Positions 19,936-29,424 of a stretch of 64,000 bases of DNA are shown here, piece after piece. The number at the start of each line of letters is the position of its first letter. The first letter of the stretch is position 1. The stretch is from contig JAWCKZ010000004.1 of assembly GCA_038851325.1 (NCBI GenBank), forward strand, positions 5,160 to 69,159. The letters are read 5' to 3'. The notes beneath the pieces were generated by a model that did no database searches, was not told the DNA's origin, and worked only from the letters and a program-made list of their open reading frames with translations. The translations under genes were made by a program, and so were the position numbers. The DNA is from Candidatus Bilamarchaeaceae archaeon (lineage in GTDB: Archaea; Micrarchaeota; Micrarchaeia; Anstonellales; Bilamarchaeaceae).

Positions 19936-20667
19936 ATGCTTGTACTCGTTGGAGCGGGTGTGAATGGAGATTTAACCATCGCTGGCTTGGAAGAACTCAA
20001 AAAATGTGATACCATCTATGCCGAGTTTTACACCAATCCTTTACTCAAAGAAAAAAAGGCGAACATGGAAAGAGCGATAGGAAAAAGAATAACTGAATTG
20101 GAGCGAGAAAAGGTGGAAAGCAGCTTTCTTATAATCGAAGCCATCGAAAAGCGAGTTGCGCTCATAGTTGCAGGAGACCCTCTTATAGCGACAACCCATG
20201 TTGTACTTGTGAACGAATGCAGAAAAAGAAATATACCGATAACGGTTATTCACAATTCCTCTATTTACACGGTCGCACCGGCAAAAGCAGGCCTGCAGAT
20301 ATACCGTTTCGGAAAAACCGTAACGCTTGTGAATCCACGTGAAAGATATAAGCCAACCTCGCCACTTGAGGTAATAAGAGAAAATCTAAAGCGTGGTCTT
20401 CACACGCTAGTGTTGCTTGACACCGAACCAGAACCTATGGACGCGAAAATCGCACTGAGACAACTCTTTGAGTTTAAATCCGCTATCGTGCTCTCACGAG
20501 TTGGTGAAGCTGATGAGCGAATAATCTACGGAGATATAAATTCCCTTTTGAATGAAGATCTTGGAAAACCGCCATTCTCCATTATAATTCCAGCCAAGCT
20601 TCACATAGTAGAAAAAGAAGCGCTTGAGTGGTACTCGCCTGCGCCACGTAAGGCGTGCGTTGCTTAG
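19936..20667 (+). CDS. dph5: Diphthine synthase
   Basis: YAEFYT, AGDPLIATTH, GLQIYRFGKTVT, GLHTLVLLD. Confidence 0.95.
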   Translation: MLVLVGAGVNGDLTIAGLEELKKCDTIYAEFYTNPLLKEKKANMERAIGKRITELEREKVESSFLIIEAIEKRVALIVAGDPLIATTHVVLVNECRKRNIPITVIHNSSIYTVAPAKAGLQIYRFGKTVTLVNPRERYKPTSPLEVIRENLKRGLHTLVLLDTEPEPMDAKIALRQLFEFKSAIVLSRVGEADERIIYGDINSLLNEDLGKPPFSIIIPAKLHIVEKEALEWYSPAPRKACVA

Positions 20668-20763
20668 AGTGAGCGTTACTTAAAGTGAATTACTTGGATG
20701 ATATACTTAAAAAGAATAAAAAATAATAATATGTAATTAAAGTAATCATGCATCGGTGAACTT

Positions 20764-21504
20764 ATGGACAATTACGATGAGATAGCTGACATGTATGACC
20801 TTATTTACGTTGGAGATTTCGATATAGATTTTTATGAGCGCGAGGCAAAAGAAGCAAATGGGCCGGTTCTAGAAGTTGGTTGCGGAACAGGACGCGTTCT
20901 CCTCGAACTACTAAAAAAAGGAATAGACATAGAAGGAATAGACATTTCTAAAGAGATGCTGAGGATATTGAAGAATAAGGCAAAGATAAAAGGTCTTTCG
21001 CCCCACGTCTATTATGCTGACATGCGTGATTTTTCCCTAAAGAGAAGGTACGGAATGATAATAATCCCGTACAGAACCTTTCTCCATCTTTCTACCGACG
21101 TTGATAGATTAGCAACGCTCAAGAATATATACAAGCACTTACTTCCAGGAGGAAAGGTAATAATACATGTCTACAACCCCTCCCAGCCAGAGTTGGAGGC
21201 TACGAATGAGTTTAAACCCGTGGATATCACAAAGTTCAGAATCGGTCAAGATGAAATAACTGTTCTGTGGTATATGAGGTACTCAAAACCAGCAAACAAG
21301 GCCGAGTATTTGATAGTGTTTTACAAAGGAAAAAAGAAAATAAGAGAGTTTAGTATGACGCTACATTTCATTAACTACAAAAAAGCAAGAGCCCTGCTCA
21401 AGAAAGCAGGATTCAAAAACATAGCGGCATACGTTGATTTCACCAAAAGGCCGTATCGTTCAGACGAATTTGGAAAGGAGATTCTGTGGGTGGCGAGAAA
21501 ATGA
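20764..21504 (+). CDS. Class I SAM-dependent methyltransferase
   Basis: VLEVGCGTGR, GIDISKEML, HLLPGG. Confidence 0.9.
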   Translation: MDNYDEIADMYDLIYVGDFDIDFYEREAKEANGPVLEVGCGTGRVLLELLKKGIDIEGIDISKEMLRILKNKAKIKGLSPHVYYADMRDFSLKRRYGMIIIPYRTFLHLSTDVDRLATLKNIYKHLLPGGKVIIHVYNPSQPELEATNEFKPVDITKFRIGQDEITVLWYMRYSKPANKAEYLIVFYKGKKKIREFSMTLHFINYKKARALLKKAGFKNIAAYVDFTKRPYRSDEFGKEILWVARK

Positions 21505-22028
21505 GTGTTCTCTCATTTTTCCGCCGTTTTTTACCGAACGAGCCGGCCTTTGAGAATACTGATTTTAGAGAATTCGAAGATTCGCTTCATAATTTTATGA
21601 TGTTTTACCCGAAGCACTGGAAATTTGAAAAGACGACAGCAATTGTTGAAGGAGCGTACAACATTATTTTTGATTCCAGCAAATCTGACACAAGCCTATG
21701 CATAAGTGTAGACATGCGGCCTCCGTATGCATTTACCGAAAAAAAATTTCTTGCCTTTGCCAAACGTGAAATAGAAAAGCCATCCGCGGGGGTAGTAACA
21801 ACAGCAAAGAGATCCCGGTTTAAATCCTACCCCGCAATGACAACCACTTATACATTCCTAAAAGGCCAAACTGAGATGTTTGGTGAGAGGATTATATTCT
21901 ACACAGGAGATAGGATATTTTCTATTCTGTTTCTCTGCCCGCTCTCACAGCACGATAAACTGAAAAAGACATTTGAGTATATAAAAGATTCGATCACCAT
22001 AAAACCTAAAAAGGCGATTCTTTTATGA
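21501..22028 (+). CDS. Hypothetical protein, PsbP-like fold candidate
   Basis: F.MFYPKHW motif and C-terminal F..IKDSI; ATGA overlap with the upstream gene. Confidence 0.6.
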   Translation: MSVLSFFRRFLPNEPAFENTDFREFEDSLHNFMMFYPKHWKFEKTTAIVEGAYNIIFDSSKSDTSLCISVDMRPPYAFTEKKFLAFAKREIEKPSAGVVTTAKRSRFKSYPAMTTTYTFLKGQTEMFGERIIFYTGDRIFSILFLCPLSQHDKLKKTFEYIKDSITIKPKKAILL

Positions 22029-22192
22029 GAAAGAGTGCAAAGAAGTTTACTGTTGAGGTGTGCGCAATGTGTGGGAAGGTTGCAAAAAAAGAGGACTATA
22101 AAGGGGAGATATTCGTGTGTTCACATTGCGGATCAGATGTCTCGATTGTTATGTCCAGAAAAATGTTCTTGGAAATCGCCAAAAAAGAATAA
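22025..22192 (+). CDS. Small Zn-ribbon protein (55 aa, not in ORF track)
   Basis: MRKSAKKFTVEVCAMCGK...FVCSHCGSD...; ATGA coupling upstream, ends 5 nt before gltX. Confidence 0.7.
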   Translation: MRKSAKKFTVEVCAMCGKVAKKEDYKGEIFVCSHCGSDVSIVMSRKMFLEIAKKE

Positions 22193-22197
22193 ACGGG

Positions 22198-23892
22198 ATG
22201 GATATGGAATTGGAAGAGATAATTAAAAAACACGCGCTGAAGAATGCGTTCGACTACGGAAAGGCTAACGCTGGAGCTGTGGTTGGTAAGGTGATAGCAG
22301 AATACCCTGCTGCAAAGACGGAGATGAGCGCAACCATAAGGATAATTGGTGAGATAGTAGCAAAGGTTAACAGAATGAAAAGAGATGAAATTGTCGCTGA
22401 GATGGCACAGTATGTATACACTGAGAAAAAGAAAGAGAAAAAAGGCATCGAACTACCTGATGCGGAGTACGGAAAGGTTATCACGCGTTTTGCTCCAGAG
22501 CCAAACGGCTATCTTCATATAGGCCATGCAAAGGCTGCGCTACTGAGCTATGAGAGTGCGCGTGCCTATAGCGGAAAAATGATACTCAGGTTCGATGACA
22601 CAAATCCTGAGAAAGAATCTCAGGAATACGTTAATGCTGCAAAGGATAGCCTTAAATGGCTTGGTATAGAATGGGCTGCTGAAACTTACACTTCTGATAA
22701 TATCCCGCGCGTGTATGAAGCAGCCGAGATGCTCATAGCAAAGCAGAGGGCATACGTATGTACTTGCGACATAGAAACATTAAGGAAATTAAGGGGAAAA
22801 GGAGAGGCATGCCCTTGCAGAAATTTAGACATTGATGAAAATTTGGCACGATGGAAAAAAATGCTTTCCGGGGGGTACAAAAAAGGAGAAGCTGTTCTGA
22901 GATATCGCGGCGATCTAAATTCGCTGAATACAGTTATGCGCGATCCAACACTCGCAAGGATTATGGACGCTGAACATTACCGCCAAGGCAAAAAATACCG
23001 AGTATGGCCTTCTTATGACCTTAGTATAGTCGTGATGGATGCGATGGAGGAGATAACTCACCCTATGCGCTCCAAGGAATACGAATTACGAAACGAGCTG
23101 TATTACTCCCTGTTTGATGATTTGGGCTGGAAAAGACCGAAGATGATAGAATTTTCAAGGCTCTCAATAAAAAATGCGCCCATAAGCAAAAGGCTTCTTA
23201 GACCGCTTGTAGAAGAAGAAAAGGTGAGCGGGTGGGATGACCCAAGGCTACCGACGTTAGCTGCTCTTAGAAGGCGCGGTATTCTTCCGGAAGCGATAAG
23301 AAATTTTATTCTATCCATAGGACTTTCAAAAACTGAAAGCGAGCCTGGATGGGAACTTCTCTTAGCAGAGAATAGAAAGCTTCTTGATCCAGTGTCTAGA
23401 CATTATTTCTTTGTAAGATCGCCGATGCTCTTAAAGATAAAAGGTTTAAGAAAAAATGTGAAAATAGCGCTCCATCCAAAAAAGGAATTCGGGTTCAGAG
23501 AGATTGAAATCGCAGAAAGCGTATATATAAGCGGAGATGACGCAAAGACATTGAAGAAAGGTGAGATCTTCAGGTTGAAGGATCTATGCAATGTATTGGT
23601 GCTAAAGAAAGGAAAAAGAGAGATCGAAGGAGAGGTTACGAAGGATAGTATAGTTCCAAAAAAGATTCAGTGGGTTGCAGCTGGAGATGAGCTACTGTGC
23701 AGCATCATCATTCCGCATGATCTATTAAAGGACGAGAAATACGACCCGAACAGTTTGGAGATTGCAGAAGGGTATTGCGAGATGGGATGCAACAACTTAA
23801 GCGTGGGGGATGTTGTTCAGTTTGAGCGGGTTGGTTTTTGCAGGCTCGATAAAAAAGAGAAGGATAGATTACTGTTTGTCTACAGTTGCTAA
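22198..23892 (+). CDS. gltX: Glutamate--tRNA ligase (archaeal)
   Basis: TRFAPEPNGYLHIGH, RFDDTNP, ISKR, GWDDPRLPT, QFERVGF. Start moved to MDMELEE. Confidence 0.96.
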   Translation: MDMELEEIIKKHALKNAFDYGKANAGAVVGKVIAEYPAAKTEMSATIRIIGEIVAKVNRMKRDEIVAEMAQYVYTEKKKEKKGIELPDAEYGKVITRFAPEPNGYLHIGHAKAALLSYESARAYSGKMILRFDDTNPEKESQEYVNAAKDSLKWLGIEWAAETYTSDNIPRVYEAAEMLIAKQRAYVCTCDIETLRKLRGKGEACPCRNLDIDENLARWKKMLSGGYKKGEAVLRYRGDLNSLNTVMRDPTLARIMDAEHYRQGKKYRVWPSYDLSIVVMDAMEEITHPMRSKEYELRNELYYSLFDDLGWKRPKMIEFSRLSIKNAPISKRLLRPLVEEEKVSGWDDPRLPTLAALRRRGILPEAIRNFILSIGLSKTESEPGWELLLAENRKLLDPVSRHYFFVRSPMLLKIKGLRKNVKIALHPKKEFGFREIEIAESVYISGDDAKTLKKGEIFRLKDLCNVLVLKKGKREIEGEVTKDSIVPKKIQWVAAGDELLCSIIIPHDLLKDEKYDPNSLEIAEGYCEMGCNNLSVGDVVQFERVGFCRLDKKEKDRLLFVYSC

Positions 23893-23935
23893 AGATCTAA
23901 AGATCTAAATAAGTAAATAAGTAAAGATCTAAATA
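23889..23935. repeat. Tandem 8-bp units (CTAAAGAT / GTAAATAA) overlapping the gltX stop
   Basis: ctaaagat ctaaagat ctaaataa gtaaataa gtaaagat ctaaata. Confidence 0.7.
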
Positions 23936-23946
23936 GGTGGGTAAAC

Positions 23947-24378
23947 ATGAAAAATGAAGAAACGAAAAATATTTTGATAGCAGGCGCAATGATGCTAACA
24001 TGCGGAATTGTTCTTTTTGCCTTAATGGCTTTTTATCTCGTCACATCAATGTCAGCGAAACCAGATCTCTCTGAAGATGCGATCGAAGGTGGGGAAAAAT
24101 CTGTTTATGATAATTTTGCAAAATGCCTGACCGAAAAGGGGGCAATTATGTATGGTGCGGATTGGTGCCCGCATTGTCAAAACCAGAAAAGAATATTTGG
24201 AGATTCCTTTCGTTACATTAATTACATAAACTGTGAAAAAAATTATACGACCTGCGTCTCAGCGAAAATCGAAGGGATCCCAACTTGGATAATAGATGGG
24301 CGAAGGTATACCGGTGAGCAAAGCCTCCAGACACTTGCCAATATAACAGGTTGCAATCTTAACACTTCGAGCAAATAG
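23947..24378 (+). CDS. Membrane-anchored thioredoxin-like protein
   Basis: N-terminal TM helix, MYGADWCPHC, GIPTW. Confidence 0.85.
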   Translation: MKNEETKNILIAGAMMLTCGIVLFALMAFYLVTSMSAKPDLSEDAIEGGEKSVYDNFAKCLTEKGAIMYGADWCPHCQNQKRIFGDSFRYINYINCEKNYTTCVSAKIEGIPTWIIDGRRYTGEQSLQTLANITGCNLNTSSK

Positions 24379-24634
24379 ATTCTCAAAACCTAACCGCGAA
24401 CCGAAGCTCTGTCAAAAAAGTAATACATAAAAGGGAAACACGTACTGAAGAGGCTTGCATCAAAAGCTAAACATAGACAAAGATGACCCTCGTCTCAGAA
24501 AAGCGAACAACTGCAGCAGCCCCATAGCCGATCTGCCAGCCCGGCATTTTCCTTCTAACTTTTTTAGCCGCATTTGCCATTAAAAATATTTCGGATTTAA
24601 TCCGATTGTCTGAGAGCTTATCTGAGGGACCTCT

Positions 24635-25696
24635 ATGGATATTGAGAAAAAAATAGAACTTGTTGCAAGGCCACCGACGAAAGAGATTGTAAGCGAGAAA
24701 AAACTAAGAGAAGTGTTTGAGAAGTATTCCTCTCCAAGAGCGTACGATGGTTTTGAGATATCAGGATTTGTTCACCTTGGCACTGGTCTTTGTACAGCTC
24801 TTAAAATACGTGATTTCATGGAGGCCGGTATAAAGCCCATTATCCTTCTTGCGGATTATCATTCCTGGATTAATGAAAAGCTCGGTGGCGATTTGGATAA
24901 GATAAGAAAGGTCGGAATGGGTTACTTTAAGCATGCCTTCGTATCACTCGGCCTGGACGAGGAGCACGTCGAGTATGTTCTTGCTAGCAGCATATACGAT
25001 AATGACTATTGGGCGGATGTACTAAGAATTACCAAAGAAACCACAATAAACAGGATGTTACGATGCGTTACTATAATGGGACGAAAAGAAACCGAGATTA
25101 CAAAGGCAGCAGCCATGATTTATCCAGCAATGCAGGTTGCTGATGTTTTCAAGCTTAATGTACAGCTTGCATTTTCCGGGATGGACCAGCGCAAGGCGTA
25201 TATGCTCGCTATAGAGCTTGCAAAGAGTAGAAAATACGATTTTGTCTCCGTCCACGGCCATCTTCTTCCAAGCCTTCAGGGAATACAGAGAATGAATCCA
25301 ACAGAGAATGATATAATAGATGCAAAGATGAGCAAGAGTAAGCCGTCCTCTGCGATATTTATTCATGACAGCGAGGACGAGATAAAATCAAAGATAGGAA
25401 AGGCATACTGCCCTGAAAAAATGCTGGAGGGCAATCCGATTATAGAGTACGCGCAGTATCTCATCATACGCGAAAAACCCTTAAAGGTAGAAAGACCTGC
25501 AAAGTTTGGTGGCGACATTGAGTTTGTCGCTGTTGACGAGTTAAGGAAAACATATGCTGAAGGAAAGCTCCATCCGCTTGACCTGAAGAATGCAGTTGCC
25601 CGCGAGCTAATTGATATGCTCAAGCCTTCAAGAGATTATTTTGCAAAGCATAAAGAATATCTTGAGCAGATGAAGCTTGCCGACATCACGCGATAA
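24635..25696 (+). CDS. tyrS: Tyrosine--tRNA ligase
   Basis: YDGFEISGFVHLG, YPAMQVAD, GMDQRK, KMSKS, LHPLDLK. Confidence 0.96.
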   Translation: MDIEKKIELVARPPTKEIVSEKKLREVFEKYSSPRAYDGFEISGFVHLGTGLCTALKIRDFMEAGIKPIILLADYHSWINEKLGGDLDKIRKVGMGYFKHAFVSLGLDEEHVEYVLASSIYDNDYWADVLRITKETTINRMLRCVTIMGRKETEITKAAAMIYPAMQVADVFKLNVQLAFSGMDQRKAYMLAIELAKSRKYDFVSVHGHLLPSLQGIQRMNPTENDIIDAKMSKSKPSSAIFIHDSEDEIKSKIGKAYCPEKMLEGNPIIEYAQYLIIREKPLKVERPAKFGGDIEFVAVDELRKTYAEGKLHPLDLKNAVARELIDMLKPSRDYFAKHKEYLEQMKLADITR

Positions 25697-25803
25697 AATT
25701 AATGATCACCCAAAAGGTCGCAGACCCATCTCACGCATATTTTTAAATACTTCGCTTAATTTTACAAATATTAACACAAGACGATAACGCTTAATAGCGC
25801 CTG

Positions 25804-26271
25804 GTGGGTTGTATGATTGTTTCAAGATTGAAAACCTGGTCCGGTAAGGAACATCGCATACTTAAAATTCAAGAAAGAAACAAAAGGATAATACGTGAGA
25901 TTAGAAGCCGAAACCCAAAATTAAGTTCCTCAGAAGACGATGGGAATATAGTCAAACTCCTCAAGAGCAAAAGCAAGAGAGAAAGAGCGGTTGGTATGGT
26001 GTTGCTCGGTAACGACATCGATGCGTTGTACAACTTCGCAAAGAATTCCGCTTATAAAGATGTTAGAATGAAATGCGTAAATCAACTGCTGCTACTTAAA
26101 AAAGACGGTAACGAGGCAGAGAGCGCCTTAGAGAATCTGGTGTATTTTTCCAACTATGAGGATGTAAAGTTATTTGTTGTACCCCACCTAAAGAGCGAGA
26201 CGCTACGAAAAGTTCTTAAGTACACCGAAAACCAAAAGGTAAAAGAAGAAATCAAGAAGTATGTTGAGTAA
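25804..26271 (+). CDS. Hypothetical HEAT-like protein
   Basis: Repeated helical units (NSAYKDVR / FSNYEDVK); ATG start probably 25813. Confidence 0.55.
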   Translation: MGCMIVSRLKTWSGKEHRILKIQERNKRIIREIRSRNPKLSSSEDDGNIVKLLKSKSKRERAVGMVLLGNDIDALYNFAKNSAYKDVRMKCVNQLLLLKKDGNEAESALENLVYFSNYEDVKLFVVPHLKSETLRKVLKYTENQKVKEEIKKYVE

Positions 26272-26281
26272 GGATATTCCC

Positions 26282-27001
26282 CTACTCCACTTCCTTTATT
26301 AACTCATCCACGAGCGTTATAACCTTCCCTTTCTGCTCTTCCAGAACCCTTACGACTTCTTCCCAAGATAGTCTATGTTTGGCGATTCCACATGCATAGT
26401 TCGTACCAATCGCAAGCGCCGCAAATGGTATCTCAAGTTCACCTACGAGCGTAGCTTCATAGCCATGCGTCATACTAACAAGATTTGCACCGAGCATGCT
26501 TAATGCCCTTATTTCCGCTCTTGTTTCGAATCGAGGTCCAACAGTCGTCGCCACAATTCCGCCATCTTTTAAGCGAATGTGGTTTGTCTTCGCACGTGCT
26601 AATAAAATGCCTTTAAGTTTTTTATCGTATGGCCTTGAAAAGTCAATGTGCTTCATCCCGTCAGAAAAATCATCGAAGAATGTAATCGGTGTGAAAAGTC
26701 CTATAAAGTCATCAATAAGAATAAGATCTCCTGGCCTATACCTTCGTGAGAGTATTCCAGTAGCATAGATTCCAAAAACGGCTGTCACACCAAGTTCTTT
26801 TAGCGCCCAGAGGTTTGCTTTGTAATTTATCTTATGCGGTGGGATAGCGTGTGTTTCACCGTGCCGCGGGATAAAAACAACATCTTTTTTGAATATCTTT
26901 GTCCTCTGCACCACAGCCTCTCCGAACGGCGTTTCTATTCTCTCGCGCTTTTCCTTTCCTTTGAGAAAGTAAAATCCGGTCCCTCCTATCATCCCAAGCA
27001 T
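26282..27001 (-). CDS. MTAP-family nucleoside phosphorylase, probably methylthioinosine/6-oxopurine specific
   Basis: IGGTG, PRHG..H.IPPHKINY, GPRFETRAE, TNYACG (Asn rather than the TDYD Asp of adenine-specific MTAP). Confidence 0.85.
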   Translation of the reverse strand: MLGMIGGTGFYFLKGKEKRERIETPFGEAVVQRTKIFKKDVVFIPRHGETHAIPPHKINYKANLWALKELGVTAVFGIYATGILSRRYRPGDLILIDDFIGLFTPITFFDDFSDGMKHIDFSRPYDKKLKGILLARAKTNHIRLKDGGIVATTVGPRFETRAEIRALSMLGANLVSMTHGYEATLVGELEIPFAALAIGTNYACGIAKHRLSWEEVVRVLEEQKGKVITLVDELIKEVE

Positions 27002-27003
27002 GC

Positions 27004-27201
27004 TTATCCCTCAAATATCCTCGGTTTTTCTTCTACCCATATCTCATATAGCGCCACGCTACCCTGCTTTCTTTTGATGATGTATGTCTTAAATCCCTTC
27101 ATCTCGTAGTCCTCTGCTATTCTTTCGGCCTCATTAATATCCAAAACCCTTGCTACACACCGCGCAAACTTTTTTATAAGCTCCTCTTCCATAATTACCA
27201 T
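27004..27201 (-). CDS. Small hypothetical protein
   Basis: 65-aa ORF ending 2 nt before the phosphorylase start. Confidence 0.6.
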   Translation of the reverse strand: MVIMEEELIKKFARCVARVLDINEAERIAEDYEMKGFKTYIIKRKQGSVALYEIWVEEKPRIFEG

Positions 27202-27334
27202 TTATTTTATTTCTTATATCTTGTGCTTAAAGGGCATACCATGTATTATTTTTAAATATTTTCAGCATTTTTAAACTTTTTTTGACACCAAAAAACAAAA
27301 GATTTTTATAAATTTGGATTTTCAAAAAAAAGCA

Positions 27335-27412
27335 TTAGCATGCTTATTCTGGGTGCATGGGAGGATAACTGGTCGCCTTGCCAGCGCATTTCGATGCGCT
27401 GGCCTAATCCTG
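27335..27412 (+). ncRNA. Candidate small structured RNA or hairpin element
   Basis: Perfect 10-bp stem GCCAGCGCAT-TTCG-ATGCGCTGGC (27380-27403) inside AGGAT/ATCCT; TTTTATAAA at 27304-27312. Confidence 0.3.
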
Positions 27413-27413
27413 T

Positions 27414-27860
27414 TCACTCCTCTTGTGGCAAATGCTTAACTTTCTCCCATTGCTCAACAGGCCCCTCTCTTAATATAAACAAAGGATGGACTTCTATTCT
27501 TTTTACCTTTAGCAATTTTCTATATGCAAGCTTGTTTCTCGTCCTAAGCCTTCTCTTAAGCTGCCGGAATTCGTATTCTATCTGACCTTTGTTTACCTTT
27601 ATTTTGTCCCTTGTTGTCTTACCTATCTTAAATTTGTTAAAACGATAGTGTCTTTCCTTGGCTTCCCTCCATATATAAAATAAATACGTATTAATCAAAC
27701 GAATTGGGTTTTTGTGCTGCTTGAATCTGATAAGCTGAGGGTGGCTGGTGTACCCTCTAGTCTTACCTTGTAGGATTTTCTTTGACAACAATGCTTCTCT
27801 CCATAGAGCTACAAGTCCCTTACAATCAAGATATTTTGGGTGTATGCTCCAGAGCCGCAT
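27414..27860 (-). CDS. Pyrimidine-dimer DNA glycosylase / T4 endonuclease V-like protein
   Basis: MRLWSIHPKYLD.KGLVALWREALL, GY..HPQL.RF, E.WEK. Confidence 0.85.
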   Translation of the reverse strand: MRLWSIHPKYLDCKGLVALWREALLSKKILQGKTRGYTSHPQLIRFKQHKNPIRLINTYLFYIWREAKERHYRFNKFKIGKTTRDKIKVNKGQIEYEFRQLKRRLRTRNKLAYRKLLKVKRIEVHPLFILREGPVEQWEKVKHLPQEE

Positions 27861-27942
27861 AAGGATATACGCTCGTTCCAATTTTTAAATCTTTGAAGCC
27901 AAAGTAATACAGCATTTAAATGTATCCAACCAATTCATTTTC

Positions 27943-28701
27943 ATGAAGATATTGAAGATAGGCGGAAGTCTTATCGCACCGAAAAGTAGCGACAAACCGC
28001 TCTTTCAGAAGGATGTTATGGATGAAATAGCTGCTGCTCTATCCAGCTATGTAGCAAAGAATAAGCAACTCGTCATAGTTCACGGCGCAGGCTCCTTTGG
28101 TCACTTGCTTGTAAAGAAAGCAGGATTTTCTGGAATAAAAACAAAGGAAGACGAAAAAAACGCTGCAGAGATACATGCGTCCTGCAGACAACTTTCAAAA
28201 AATGTTATTAATTCTCTTGCTGAGAAAGGCATACAGGTAACATACATCGATCCTTCAAAGGTAATCGTTCAAAGAGGAGGGAGGATAACTCGTTTCGACA
28301 CCTCTGAAATAGAATCACAACTCGCAAAAAGGATAATCCCTGTTCTTCACGGGGACATTGTACCCGATGAGATTTTCGGCGCATCTGTTTGCTCTGGCGA
28401 CCAGATAGTAGCATGGTTAGCAAAGAAAGCAGATGCAGTTGTATTTGCAACAGACGTAGACGGTGTACTCGATAAGAATGGCAATATCATTAAGATGATA
28501 AACAAAAAGAACGTAAGGGTTGCTTTGAAGCATATAAGCGGTGCAAGGAATGATGTCACAGGGGGCATGCGTGGAAAGGTGTTGGAGATTCTAAAAAGCA
28601 ACGTGCCGACGTGGATAGTAAATGGAAGGCACCCCGAGCGTATCGTAGAGGCGCTATCTGGAAAGCAAACCGTTGGTACCCTTATTGCTCCAGACAAATA
28701 A
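27943..28701 (+). CDS. ipk: Isopentenyl phosphate kinase
   Basis: LKIGGSLI, VHGAGSFGH, PVLHGD, SGDQI, DVTGGMRGK. Confidence 0.9.
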   Translation: MKILKIGGSLIAPKSSDKPLFQKDVMDEIAAALSSYVAKNKQLVIVHGAGSFGHLLVKKAGFSGIKTKEDEKNAAEIHASCRQLSKNVINSLAEKGIQVTYIDPSKVIVQRGGRITRFDTSEIESQLAKRIIPVLHGDIVPDEIFGASVCSGDQIVAWLAKKADAVVFATDVDGVLDKNGNIIKMINKKNVRVALKHISGARNDVTGGMRGKVLEILKSNVPTWIVNGRHPERIVEALSGKQTVGTLIAPDK

Positions 28702-28749
28702 GTTTAAACAGTCAAACAGGTTTTACGCTGCGTGCAATAAAATATAAGG

Positions 28750-29391
28750 TTATTCGAATCGAAGAAGAAACGTAGTTCTATGAAGGCGCTTTCCTTCTTT
28801 CATTCCTACGAGTTTTCTTGTCATTTTAGTTCTCAAACCAAGTTCTGTCAATACCTCCATCACTGCCTTACTGCTGCCAACATAAAGGTCTACACCCTCT
28901 TTTTTCTCCTCTGTTTTAGAGATGAATGTGCTCTTCTTCAACATTGTGGTCAAAATCCTTTCGTATCTTGTGACCATGCTTTCTTTTCCACGCAGCTGGA
29001 TTATCGCTTCGTAATAACCGCCGGCCTTCTTAGAGCACTCTGGGCATACGCTCTTTATTTTTTTTAAAGTAAGCGGCTTGCTTATCTCAATCTCCGCCCC
29101 ATCTTTTTTTATCCTAAAAACTACAGTTTGGTGTTCAACTTCGTATCTCGCACTTGTAAAATCTCCCCGTATCTTGCTGACAGCAAATTCTTCGATTTTT
29201 TTTCTGTTATAGGGCATCCATTCCCCTTTAAGGCGCATCCTTCCGCATCTCGCACACACAGCAAGTTCAATGCACTCAGGAAGCCGCACACTATAGGGGT
29301 AGCAATCTATACAGAATGCTTCTATGAACTTTACCTCGCTACTCTTCCTTCCACATTTCGGACAGACTATCATCATAAAGCTAATCTTCAA
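28750..29391 (-). CDS. nmd3: NMD3-family ribosome biogenesis protein
   Basis: Four CxxC pairs and GYYEAIIQLR. Confidence 0.85.
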   Translation of the reverse strand: MKISFMMIVCPKCGRKSSEVKFIEAFCIDCYPYSVRLPECIELAVCARCGRMRLKGEWMPYNRKKIEEFAVSKIRGDFTSARYEVEHQTVVFRIKKDGAEIEISKPLTLKKIKSVCPECSKKAGGYYEAIIQLRGKESMVTRYERILTTMLKKSTFISKTEEKKEGVDLYVGSSKAVMEVLTELGLRTKMTRKLVGMKEGKRLHRTTFLLRFE

Positions 29392-29424
29392 GAGATTTTT
29401 AAAGATGATAGTCGAATATTTCTC

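Noticed and set aside
22117..22197. N-terminal extension of gltX in the ORF track (likewise 29128-29424 for DUF2070 and 16447-16491 for the FNR protein)
   Set aside because: Each overlaps a better-supported gene; downstream ATGs fit the family N-termini.
24380..24634. GC-richer intergenic stretch before tyrS
   Set aside because: Only short non-credible ORFs and no convincing stems found by eye.
27340..27585. 81-aa + strand ORF, and a superficial SAM-I riboswitch resemblance
   Set aside because: The ORF is antisense to the glycosylase gene; the SAM-I core (AUC / GCAAC, P1 closure) is missing.
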